Source: Trichoplax sp. H2 (Eukaryota). From it: a stretch of DNA of 64,000 nt. The notes beneath the pieces are model-generated. The model was not told where the DNA came from and made no database searches. It saw only the letters and a list, made by a program, of their open reading frames with translations. Made by a program: the position numbers and the translations under genes. Below, one piece after another: positions 40,669-52,788 of the stretch. Location of the stretch: contig NOWV01000024.1 in the NCBI GenBank assembly GCA_003344405.1, forward strand, positions 124,001 through 188,000, read 5' to 3'. Each line of letters starts with the position of its first letter. Position 1 is the first letter of the stretch.

Positions 40669-42094
40669 AACTCTTATTTGACAGGTATGGTATACTTTCT
40701 TTTGGATTAAAGTATGCTCTAAATGTGTCTTGCATAGCGGTTTAATTAAATTTGGAAATTTTTTGAAGGCTCTCTATATATCGGCTACCGTTGCTGTGAT
40801 TTGGGATAGTACCATTTTGCTAACTTTAGCAAATAGAACAAATTTAAACGAATTGAAGTAAGCGAGATCTTAAAAGGAGAGAACGAAAGCTACGATTAAA
40901 ATTTCACTACACTACTATTGCTGGGGAGGTCATCAACGTAAATGATTAAATGGTGTTGAATTTTGATAGGGACATCATCGCTGTATAGAAATTACAGTAA
41001 ATGGTGTTCAGTAGGGGAGAATGCAATAGTTAAATGTTCAGTCTACTACTATAACTGTGGACGTTCACCGATGCAAAAGATCCAATAGTGTTCAGNNNNN
41101 NNNNNNNNNNNNNNNAACTCTTATTTGACAGGTATGGTATACTTTCTTTTGGATTAAAGTATGCTCTAAATGTGTCTTGCATAGCGGTTTAATTAAATTT
41201 GGAAATTTTTTGAAGGCTCTCTATATATCGGCTACCGTTGCTGTGATTTGGGATAGTACCATTTTGCTAACTTTAGCAAATAGAACAAATTTAAATGAAT
41301 TGAAGTAAGCGAGATTGTAATATCGTTTCCACAGTAATTTTAGTCCACAGAGGAATCCAGTACTATAAAAGCTTTTTATTACAAGGTTCTAAAGAATAGT
41401 ACAGCAATAATTAATTACTCACAAGAATCTAGTCTAAAGTAATCTGAGCTCAATTAGATATCAAATCTTTTCTCTCCTTTACGCTCAGATTTGTACACCT
41501 TATATACTTTTCTCTGAATCTATTTAAGGCAATAACATCGTCTACAATCAGACATGAATCATCACTACATTTTACAGTATTAATCAAACTGCTTACAATA
41601 TTATTACTTTACCATTAATGTCCAACACCGTAAGGTATTGGGCATCTTTACAATCTTAGTATTTCAAGTCGTATAACGTCCTGTACCATAATTAGTTAAC
41701 AGCTATATTAGTGAATAACACTTTCTAATATAGTAGTTACCAGTCACCTAAATCTAGCAGCACAAGAATATCTATTTTTAGAAACTTAACTATTCTAAAT
41801 ATAGTACGCAACACAATCAAATATAGCTATCGCTACAAGCAAATATAGGGTGCATCACTACAGAGATCTTAAAAGGAGGGAACGAAAGCTACGATTAAAA
41901 TTTCACTACACTACTATTGCTGGGGAGGTCATCAACGTAAATGATTAAATGGTGTTGAATTTTGATAGGGACATCATCGCTGTATAGAAATTACAGTAAA
42001 TGGTGTTCAGTAGGGGAGAATGCAATAGTTAAATGTTCAGTCTACTACTATAACTGTGGACGTTCACCGATGCAAAAGATCCAATAGTGTTCAG
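40669..42094. other. Empty and LTR-filled alleles of one site joined across a 20-N gap
   Basis: 40669-40868 matches 41116-41315 and 40869-41095 matches 41868-42094 (one SNP seen in each). The second version carries an extra 547 bp plus a duplicated GAGAT. N run at 41096-41115. Confidence 0.92.
41316..41862 (-). mobile_element. Solo LTR, 547 bp (sub-family A)
   Basis: Minus strand reads TGTAGTG...ATTACA; TSD GAGAT at 41311-41315 and 41863-41867; a single GAGAT at the empty site (40864-40868); TATATAA 41506-41500 and TTGTAATAAA 41384-41375. Confidence 0.93.
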
Positions 42095-42600
42095 TAGGAG
42101 AGAACGAATGCTAAGATCAAAAGTTCACTACACTACTATTAATAGGCATATCATCAGTGTAAAAGATTCAAATGGTGTTCAGTATGAGAGAATGAATGCT
42201 ATGGTTAAAAGTTTACTGCACTAGTGTTACAGAGGACATCATCAATCAATTAAATGATTCAATAAAGCTCAATAGGAGAGAAAGAATGCCATGATCAAAA
42301 TTTCATTACATCATTATTAATAGGGACATCGTCTATGCATAAGATTAAATGATGTTGAGCAGGAGAGAACGAATGCTACGATTAAAAGTTTACTACCCTA
42401 CTATTATAGGGGAGGTCACCAATGCAAAAGATTAAAAGGTGTTCAATGAAAGAGAAAGAATGCTAGGATGCAAAATTCACTACATTACTATTTATACGGA
42501 CACCGTCAACGTAAAGACTAGATGGTGTTCAGTAGGAGAGAATGAATACTATGGTTAAAAGTTCACTACACTACTATTGCTAGGGACATCATCCAAGTAA
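41870..42600. repeat. Diverged minisatellite, about 87-bp unit, about 8 copies
   Basis: GTTCAGTAGGAGAGAACGAATGCTA..ATTAAAAGTTCACTACACTACTATT-like unit starting at about 42005, 42089, 42177, 42267, 42354, 42441 and 42527. Confidence 0.88.
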
Positions 42601-43309
42601 AAAAAATATGCGAGTCAAATCTACAGTAGTCTCTGTTTCACAATTAATAAGCGTAAAAGAAGTCAACAAACGAATGTACAGATACTAACTGATCGTGAGT
42701 AAAGTAGTCAAGAACCACTCCATTTTATCTGGAAAAAATGATTGCTATCTACGATTGCTGTTATGCAAGATCTCAAGACCTGTTGCATAAAAGAGTAAAT
42801 ACATTATTTGCAAAAAGAATGATCATGTCTTTCATGTTGTGTTCTGTTACAAGTTAGTGCAGTGATCTAAATCATAGAAATGCTATATCAAGGTGTAACC
42901 AATCATATAACAAATGCCATTTCTCCTGCCTATATTCTCCTGAACTTTAATTTTACAACTTCTATATTGTGAAAGATAGCAATACTATCATTTAACGATT
43001 TGACAATTTATACCTAGCGTAAAGCAAGCAATGAAATACCAGTCCTTCCCAACTAGAGTTAAAGCCCAATCTCGCTGCCTAGTCGAATAATCCTGGTTAA
43101 GATCCTATGCCTGTAAATCAACTTTGTCTCATCGCTTAATTATAATTGCAACATCGCTGGCAGAAATGATAAAATTTGCTAGGCCTTCTTTTGAAATGAA
43201 AGGTGTGACCGATCGAGCGTGCGCGATTGCATGAATCATTTAAACAAACAAATGCAGCTATCCGGAATAGAATCTGCAATCTGATGAAGAAGTAATAGCA
43301 TGGTTTTAC

Positions 43310-44210
43310 TTCAATCAACGCCATACTGTAAACATTAACGTAAGCTGATTAAATTTACTGCTTGACAGGCTGGATCTGAAGCGAGTCGACAACATAAATA
43401 TTAGCATGAATTAGTGGAATTTGTTAGCCTACATTTGGAGCAAACCAACGCCATAAATGGAGACGTAGTCGAGTTGAATTGGCTACTGTATTTGACAACC
43501 TGGACGGCTGGTTCTGAAGTAATTCGACGACATAAACGGAAGCGTGAATTAGTGAATTTGCTAGCTTGCATCTGCTGCAAATCGGCACCATAAAACTTTA
43601 AGGTAATCCAGTGGAATTGACTATTTGATAGCCTGGGTCTAAGGCAATTTTGCATCATGAAATTTAATACAAGTTAATGAATTTGCTAGCCTGAATGTGT
43701 GGTAGATCGACACCATAAGTGTTAGCACAAGCTAGTAAATTTGATAATCTGGATCTACAGTAAATCGACATCGTAAACATAAACGCTAGCGAGTGAAATT
43801 TGCTAGCCTAGATTTAAGACGATTCTACACTGTGAATATTAAGGTGAACTAGTGAAAATTGCTACTTGATGGCCTATATCTAGAGTAAATCTATACCATG
43901 AACGTCAACAAGAGTTAGTTGAATTTACTAGCCTGAATCTGAGGTAAATCGACATCATAAATGATAAAATGAACTAGTGGAATTTGGAAGCCTGCATCTG
44001 AGGTAAATCGACACCATAAATGTTAACGCGATCTAGTGAGATTTGGAAACCTACACCTGAAATAAATCGACACCACAAACGTTAACGCTAGCTGGAAGAA
44101 TTTAATAGCCTAGATTTGAGGTAATGTGATACCATATAGCTTAACGCGAGCTAATGGGATTTACCTTTGGATAGCCTGGATCTGAGGCAAATCGACACCG
44201 TAAACGTTAA
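43310..44210. repeat. Diverged minisatellite, about 59-bp core unit, about 15 copies
   Basis: Consensus GAATTTGCTAGCCTGGATCTGAGGTAAATCGACACCATAAATGTTAACGCGAGCTAGTG; clear 59-bp spacing from 43921 to 44160. A 2-unit remnant lies at about 47650-47755. Confidence 0.88.
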
Positions 44211-45256
44211 AACATGTTCTGTGTGCAAAGTTCATAAACATGCGTTCAACTTGTATATGTATAGCATAATAAGGATGATGCATGCTGCTTTTGAATATGT
44301 GGACACTTTCGAGATAATATCGAAATTTACAAGAATAAATAAATAGGAGCTTGAAAGAATTAACTAGCATTAATGCATATTGAAACTACTGTAATCAGAA
44401 GGCTTGAATTATTTACATCAATTGTAGATTTGCGACATTGCTTACTGAGTGTAATCTAAAGAAATATTTTTTAAGGGTTAGTGCTTAGAGCTTGATCATG
44501 TTGCTTGTCGGTTGAATTAAGTCGAGATTGATGCAAAGGCTTAACTGCTACTTTAATAATAATACAGCACTAGAAGATCCTATAGACCGTTCATTTTGTT
44601 TGTAATTATTTTCTTATGAGAGAAAGGAATAAACTATTATAAATTGAGTCATGAGAGGAAAAGAACCGTACGAAAGAGTCGACAGTCAGTCATATTTTTC
44701 TCGATCTCAGCCTACGTTAAACTGTACACTGTACGCGTTTTACTTTACTGGCAGCAAGTTACGATTGAATTAACAGCTTCAATAAAGAACGATTTATTCC
44801 ATCATATTAATGATAACTGATACCACAGTCTTATGGTAGATAACATAAAGATAAAAATTAATAGATAAACCATCCTTAAATTTAACTAATTTCACATTGA
44901 CTTATCTAACATAACAAGAGATACTCGTTACCAACTTTTACTGTAAGCAAGCAGCATCTTTTCAATTTAGATATGGACAAGATTTTAACCTTAACGATAC
45001 CATCAACCTTGTCGAATCTATTTAATCAAAACTTGTTAGTAATAGCTCTTTGGACAAGCCAAATCTTGACAGTTATGTTACTACCATATATAACAGATCG
45101 CTTGATTTAATTGTTTTATTTATTTATACTCGGCCCCTGATAGGTCTCACTGTCAGATCTGAGGCCATTGTTTTGCTGTCCTGATTGAGTAAGGTCATTT
45201 AATCTAACAATTTTAAAATAAATACATGAAAGAGCTGAAAGGGGGCAGTATCTATC

Positions 45257-45763
45257 TTACAATTTCATCTGGCAATTGTACCATGGTAGTTTACCATGGA
45301 CTACAGACGACAAACCAAGGCACTGAAATCCTGCTTTCTCGTAAAACGATATCAGGTGGTCATGAGTAATTAAATTAATTATCGAAATCGATGAAATGTT
45401 TTCCTTGATGTAAGCTATATAGCGTTTAAGCAACATGGACGCGATACCTTTTCGCCGAAAGTTGCCAGTAACACATACGGAATGAATACATAAAGTTTTC
45501 CCATCGGCTACATGTTCGTGTATAGATTGAGCTGTTAATAATTCATCATTGCATCGTGTGCCACAAATAAACGCGATAATGTTGCCATGGACTTCGTATC
45601 CTAGAAATAATTCACTTGCTACCTCAAATCGATTCATTAGTTGTTCAGGACTTGCAGCTTCATCTGATGGAAAGCATTCTTGCTCTATTTGACAAACAGC
45701 TTCCATGTTTGCTTGCGTTATTGGTCGTACGATGCCATTGAATTCACGTTGTAGAGACTCCAT
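45257..45763 (-). CDS. GNAT acetyltransferase, AANAT/PAA1-like, copy 2 (intronless, 168 aa)
   Basis: IEQECFPSDEAASPEQL, AFICGTR, HVADGKTLCIHSVCV...FRRKGIA, LITHDHLISFYEKAGF, HGKLPWY. Confidence 0.92.
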   Translation of the reverse strand: MESLQREFNGIVRPITQANMEAVCQIEQECFPSDEAASPEQLMNRFEVASELFLGYEVHGNIIAFICGTRCNDELLTAQSIHEHVADGKTLCIHSVCVTGNFRRKGIASMLLKRYIAYIKENISSISIINLITHDHLISFYEKAGFQCLGLSSVVHGKLPWYNCQMKL

Positions 45764-48130
45764 ATTTCATAGCTAGAAGAAATAATGATGACGTGCCATT
45801 AAGAATTAAAAATTGATGCTTAACTGTTACAGATAAGTCGTGTGGCGAAAGTAATTATGATATGATATCTATTGCTATTGATACAGCAGCTGATTTCATC
45901 GATATAATAGTAAAAGAATGAATGGAGGTATTCAGATATTAGAATTAAGGATAAAAGACTGACTTGAGAAGATACATTTGCTGCTGCTTTTATTAGCTAG
46001 ATCGCAATTATGAGCAATTCTTTGCTGGTTATAGATGTCAGATCTGATTAATTCCATCTACTGTTTACTCTAAATTATTCGATGATTAAATTTATCCAGT
46101 ATAGAGAGTTTAAGGAAGGCCCTGTATAACTCTTATAAGAGCTCAAGGCCAACATGCACCAGTTCACTAATAAACGCATGCTCTAGTAAGTAATTTTGAT
46201 CTAATTTTTAATAAATCTATATTACTAAATATGAAATAAATAAATTACTATAGATGACGGTAGTCTAAGTCTAGAGGCCTTCTACTGCATTAAGCCATTA
46301 AGAATGCATTCCTTATTTATAGATTACAGCACTAGAAGTAGTACATAAACTAAAACTCGTACTAGTAAAGTTGATGTCTAGCCTCAAAGCCATACAACAT
46401 GTAACATCGCAATCAAAGGATTGACAATTATACAGTATGTAATTCGTGTTTTAAGCCTAGATAGCACTTAGGGTCGAGATTCAGCTATTTCCGAGTTTTC
46501 TGGCTTTTACAATTCGTAGCGTAAGTTTGGGTTGAATTTAGAGATTATTAATTAGTAATAAGAACACATTTACAGATATCCACACTTCTACAACTCTACA
46601 ATCAATTTATATTAGAATTGTCGACGGTGAACGTATAAAAGTCACCGTCTTTTCAAATGTAGTGAGCATTCACATCGAGTGTGGTATTTTTAATTCTAAC
46701 TCTACCTACGTATATACACCACAGTTGCGAGGCTTCTCGTAAATATCTCCTACGCTAGTTAGAAGAGCTACTTATCGTCAATTCAGTTGCTGCTATGCCA
46801 CTCAAGTTTATTTCTTCACCACAGTTCCTGAGATACTTCAAACTCTCCTTAAATTACCGTGTCCTTGCGATTAACTATCAGTCAAATTATCAGTACTTTC
46901 CTATATAATGTTAAGCAACTACTATCACTTAATAATTTCAAGTCCAAATTTAATTTTGCAATCGACTCAATATCCGGTGTTGAGTAATCTCTCGTCCTTG
47001 CTTCTATTTTGCTGGATAGGAAATCGAGTAAATGGTTTATGATCAAGCATGCGCAACTTTATTAGCTACAACAGGATTTGAATAATTCATAAGCCGGCTT
47101 GTCCAAAATAACTAATTAATTTATGCAATAGTTCTGCTTTAAATATACCAAACGTCATGATAATTTCTAATTTCTATCTAAATTGATCAGTCAAATGCAG
47201 AATTATCCTGTATTACTCAAACAAGTCTAGGTTGTATACAGCTGCAGAAAAGCCGATGGTAATAATAGTCTAAACTCTGCAAATGCAGTAGGTTAAATAA
47301 CGACAGTTAGATTCCTGCTTGTGGGATAAAAACGAATTTATGTGATGAGAAATCGCGAAGCCGTTCAATAAAATACATGAATATATGGGATCAATTCATT
47401 GAGATAGTCTCAATGTAAGTTGATCAATCATGCTAACGATTGCCTAAAATCATCGAATACTGTAGTCTAGCCGTGGATATTGCCCGGAGATAAATGCAAA
47501 CTTATGAAATTAAGCTTCTGCCATAAGCTTATCGAACATACGTACAATATAGCTTGCGATCATGGTCAATTTCTTGAAATGACGACTAAATAAAAGCTCT
47601 TGTTATGCCTCTAAATCTTAAGTTACTACCACTTCCAACCGGTTAGCTTAATCGACACTATCAACGTTAATAGGAGTTAGTGTAATTTGCTAGCCTGGAT
47701 CTAAGGAAAGTTGATACCATAAATGTTAATGCAAGCTAGTAGAATTTGCTGGCTTCTGACAATCCAACGGTTTGGGTACTGTGAATACAAGGTGAACCAT
47801 TTGTAATTTCGCGAAAATAGGTTTACAAATAACTTTTTAACACCATGCAGCAATTTTATGTTATGTCTTTATTCAAGCACCTTTCCTACTCCATACTCTT
47901 TTTACATGTACAACAATAATTGTCTTTTTTATCCATATACGGTATATCAAACGTTAGCGTACAGTTAACTTTCTATTCGCAATACCTATATGAAACAGCC
48001 AATCACAATATAGTTCAGAAGAGCTTTAATGCTTAGCTGTCCTGACTGAGTAAGGTCATTCAATCTAACTTTATACTTTGATAATCCTAAAATAATAGAA
48101 TGCATGAGCTGAAAGGAGGTAGTATCTATC

Positions 48131-49059
48131 TTACAATTTCATCTGGCAATTGTACCATGGTAGTTTACCATGGACTACAGACGACAAACCAAGACATTGA
48201 AATCCTGCTTTCTCGTAAAACGATATCAGGTGGTCATGAGTAATTAAATTGTAGTGCAGCCCAAATATAGCTTAAGATTATATGCAGTATGTGTGAATAT
48301 CGTGCATGACGTAATTACTAGGCTAATTAAGATAGATACACTTGTATAGGTGCTAGATCGTAGAGTGAGATTAAATATGTGAGGATTTGTATTAGTAATT
48401 GCAATACGGATTGTAAAAGTTATTAGTCATACTGTTTGGCACCTCCAGGTACGCTAGAGGTGTGATGTTAGCCTTATTAAGGTAGATAACGATTTATATG
48501 TCACGAAGATACTCTGTACACAATTGTATATAAGCAGGAGATTTTATCTCCGAAGACAGAGTAGCCATAGATAATCTAGTCCTTGGTAGAAGACGTAATT
48601 ATTGTAATAAAGTGATTTTCCTTCAAGTTGTGGAAGTCGTTGCGTTTCGATAGACACTTTATTACATAAATTAATTATCGAAATCAATGAAATATTTTCT
48701 TTGATGTAAGCTATATAGCGTTTAAGCAACATGGACGCGATACCTTTTCGCCGAAAGTTACCAGTAACACATACGGAATGAATACATAAAGTTTTCCCAT
48801 CGGCTACATGCTCGTGCATGGATTGAGCTGTTAATAATTCATCATTGCATCGTGAACCACAAATAAACGCGATAGTTTTGCCATGGACTTCGTATCCTAG
48901 AAATAATTCACTTGCTACATCAAATCGATCCATTAATTGTTCAGGAGGTTCAGCTTCATCTGATGGAAAGCATTCTTGCTCTATTTGACAAACAGCTTCC
49001 ATGTCTGCTTGCGTTATCGGTCGTACAATGCCATTGAATTCATTTTGTAGAGACTCCAT
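48131..49059 (-). pseudogene. GNAT AANAT-like copy 3, interrupted by a solo LTR (pseudogene or splice-rescued)
   Basis: 49059-48667 encodes residues 1-131, nearly identical to copy 2. The remainder (ITHDHLISFYEKAGF...QMKL*) is intact at 48244-48131. The 417-bp insertion plus 5-bp TSD separates the two parts. Confidence 0.88.
48250..48666 (+). mobile_element. Solo LTR, 417 bp (sub-family A), inside GNAT copy 3
   Basis: TGTAGTG...ATTACA; TSD TAAAT at 48245-48249 and 48667-48671 (a single TAAAT in paralog copy 2); TATATAA 48527-48533; TTGTAATAAA 48602-48611. Confidence 0.93.
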
Positions 49060-49908
49060 ATTTCATAACTAGAAGAAAATGATGAAGACATGAAGAGTTA
49101 TAATGTCTTCCCACCATTAAACTCCGATTTCTGTGGTGTGTAAAATTATGATACGATATCTATTTCCATTAATACAGCAGTTGATTTCATCGATGCAATA
49201 GTAAAAAGAATGAGTGGAGATATTTAGACATTTGAATTAAGGATGGAAGACTGATGTGAGACGATATATTTGCTGCTGCTTTTATTAGCTAGGTTGCAGT
49301 TATCAGTAATTCTCCGCTAGTTGTAGATGTCAGATTGGATTTGTTTCCATCTATAGTTGACTATAAAGTATTAAATTTATACTGTATAGTACAGAGGTTT
49401 GAAGAAAGCCCAGTAAAGGAACTCATTGCTAACACGCTAGAATTTACTCATACACTCTCGTAAGTAATTTTGCTTTAAATTTTAATAAATCTATGTGACT
49501 AAATGTAAAAGAAATTGCTATCGATGGTGGTAACCTGAGTCTACAGGTCTTCTACTGTCAAGAAACCGTTAAATATTGTATTCTTTAGCCATAGATTACA
49601 GCTGTAGAAACACAAATTGGAACTCGTATTAATAAGGTTAATATTCAGACTCAAACCCATACAGCATGAAACATCGCAATCAAAGAATTGACAGTTATAA
49701 CTAATATTTATAGGCATGAAGATTATGTGTTTACTGCTACATATTACAGTGTGTTACATTTTGATCGTGTAATAATAAGTTAATACGTACATTTAAGCCA
49801 TTTAGGCTATTCGTCTACAATGTTTATGATATGGTTGTGATATGTTAATACTGTATTTGTTAAATATAGTATGTTACGAATATGCAATGATTTCTTCTTA
49901 CAGAACGT

Positions 49909-50263
49909 TGTTACCGATCTTATTTGGTTATGGCTACGATGAATATGATAGCTTCTACACTCTACAATCTGTTCTGTACTTAAAAAGTTACGTTATATAC
50001 GTATGGAATTAATTACTATGTTTAATTACAATCTACACTTCTATATGTTATTGTGGATATTGCAATATGCAATATTTTACACTTGAAGTGCAGACAGCGC
50101 ACGTCTAAAAGCCGCCATATTTTCAATCAATAAATCTATTAGTGGTAGTAATTACAATTTACAGAGCTTTGCGTATTCTCAGTTCTTTGCGTCAGTGACT
50201 AATCTAGAGTAACCCGAATCTTACATGTGGTTGATTGTATCAGCTCAAGTTAGTTCACTCACA
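49909..50263 (+). mobile_element. Tentative solo LTR, 355 bp, 4-bp TSD
   Basis: TGT...ACA flanked by ACGT (49905-49908 and 50264-50267). Internal TAAAAGCCGCC...AATAAA resembles TATAAGCCCGCC...AATAAA of the 15962 LTR. It lies in a block absent from the paralogous copy-2 flank. Confidence 0.45.
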
Positions 50264-52788
50264 ACGTTGACTACTAAAGGAGATGATGATTAAATATCAT
50301 AAAAACGATAATGGCTACTTACATTGAGGCTAGGATCGAGGATATACATTGACACAAAATGATTTGAAATCGAGATGTAAGCATCTGAAATTGTTGCATG
50401 TTACACTTAGTCGCAATAGCTAGCTAATGTTGAAGGCCGGAGTTAGCGATGTGATGGGATAACAGTACTAACCATCAATGCCAGAAATGACTTATTGTCA
50501 CGAATAGGCAGGAATGATTTTACTAAAGTTAGCATCGAGGATGATAAAAAATTCTAGAAAGTACTTAGGCTGGAGATTGAGACATTTCCGAGCTTTCTTG
50601 ATTTTACAATTTGTATAGGTTTGAGTGGGGATTATTATATACTCATTACAGATATTTACACTTCTACAACTCTACCGTATAATCAGCCTATGTTAGAATT
50701 ATAGACGATAAAAGTATAAAAGCCCTTTTTTTGTCAAATAGTAGTAAGCATTCAGATCTAGTGTTGTGTTTTAAACTCTAACTCTCCCATATGCATATAT
50801 ACGTACGCCATTACTATCTCCTACGCCAGCTAGAAGTGGTACTAACCGCCAATTCAGTTGCTGCAACTCAAATTTATTTCTTCACTACAATTCCCGATTG
50901 TGCTCTAGCTCCTGAGATACTTCAAACTTTCCTTAAAATGTTACTTCTTTGCGATCAACTATCAGCCTCATATGTTAGTAAAATCTGTAACGCTTTTCGA
51001 TACAGCTTCTTTCGCAATGGTATTGTTGGATCGATATCATAAGAAATACGCTATTTAATTACTTTATTGAAATACTAGTGATGAACTGGTCACTAATATA
51101 AAATCAGCATTTTCCTATATAGCATAAAGCGATTGCTATCAGTACTTTCAAGTTCGAATCCCATCGCGTAATAAACACTATCCGATGTTTGTTAATCTCT
51201 GTTTCCCTACAGTTATTTTGCGTGATTACCTCGATACTGTACTAAAATGCATCAATCATTGGTAATGAAATATGCACGACTTTTTAGCTGCAGTGGATTT
51301 GAATTATTCATGAATAGGCTGGCCTAATTAATACTAATTAATTCAATGGTTTTGCTTTAAGTATACAAAATGTCGGGATAGTCTCCATATAAATTGATCA
51401 GCCGTGTACAGAATTATCCTTTACTATACTCAATTAAACCTATGCTGTATACAGCTGCTGGAAAGCCAGTCGTGATATTATCTAAATTCTCTGAATCGGC
51501 TGGATAAATAACGACAGTTAGGTTGTGTCTGCAAGATAAGAACAAATTCTAGAGATTTACTGTTAATACGTACATCAATCGAGCACAAAATTATCCTTTA
51601 ACTCATTGATACTTATAGACTGCTATAAGAATGTCAATGCTAGTAAGAGCCTAAGTCAGTGAATGCAGTAATTTAAACAAGGATAACTATGGACAATATC
51701 TGTGGGTTTAATACAGACCTACGAAAATTGATTACAAACTGCTTATAAAATATATGAAAAATTGGGATTACCTCAATGTAAATTGATCAATCGGGAATGT
51801 CGATGCTAACGGTAATCTAAACTCTGCAAATGCTATAATCCAGACGTGGATAATTAGGTCGTTTGTCTATGTGATAAATGCGAACTAATAAACATGAGCT
51901 TCTTCCCTAAACTTATCGAACACACAGTAGCATGAGATAATGACCGATTCCTTTAAATTAAAAGTATTTCTAAATAGGAGCTCTTGTTATGTAGCTAAAT
52001 CTAATGCTACTACCACTTCCAATAGATTGTTGGTTTAGTAAATTGACGAAATTTTATCACTCCGTTACTAATAGACCCTTGCAGTAAGACCCAAGATCGG
52101 TCACTGTCACCGACGAGTTGTCAAAATTTAGGTATAATTTATTGAGTTGTTAATCTATACAGAATCAATCCAATTATTAGCTTAGTGGAACCACAGGTAT
52201 TGCCAGGCAAGTTATACTAAGCTTATAACGAGGAAAATTAAATCACTTCTTGTAGCTTAATATTATCAACCTTTTATCAGGCTTGTCCTCTTCTACTTCT
52301 ATCTACAGTACGACTTTAAATACTGATATTCTCTCATCTTTAGGTTATAGTAAACCAATAGTCACTGTTAGACAAAACTGAAACCAAATTGATTAAAAAA
52401 AATTAGTCAATTTATAGTGAATCTAGATAAACATAGAATATCAGCTCATAGATAATATTATAAAATTACGCTTTTATCTATTAAAATGATGTAAGATGTC
52501 ATAGATACATTAATGAATCATCAATATATTCCTAGGTAAAGTTATCTCATGATAATTATGCTACAACCGCTAGCCTCAAAGGTTATTCTGAAACAACTAG
52601 AAATAAACTTAATAAAGAGTACAGTTAGTCATTCTATAGGCTTACAATAATTTCGATTCTAACCGTATTCAATGTTTTCTATATCAAGAACTTTTTGACT
52701 TTTGATGTTTTAAATTAGTAACTGTATAAAGTATACATTTATCAATCTAGGAAAGGCAAAGATAATTTGGGAAGATGTAACAGCAATA

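Noticed and set aside
43310..44210. CRISPR-like array or repeat-coding ORFs (43401-43658, 44161-44370)
   Set aside because: Diverged head-to-tail minisatellite with variable, non-triplet unit length; the ORFs are incidental.
48544..49059. Intact 171-aa GNAT with a novel C-terminus
   Set aside because: The last 40 aa are read from the inserted LTR; the true C-terminus lies at 48244-48131.
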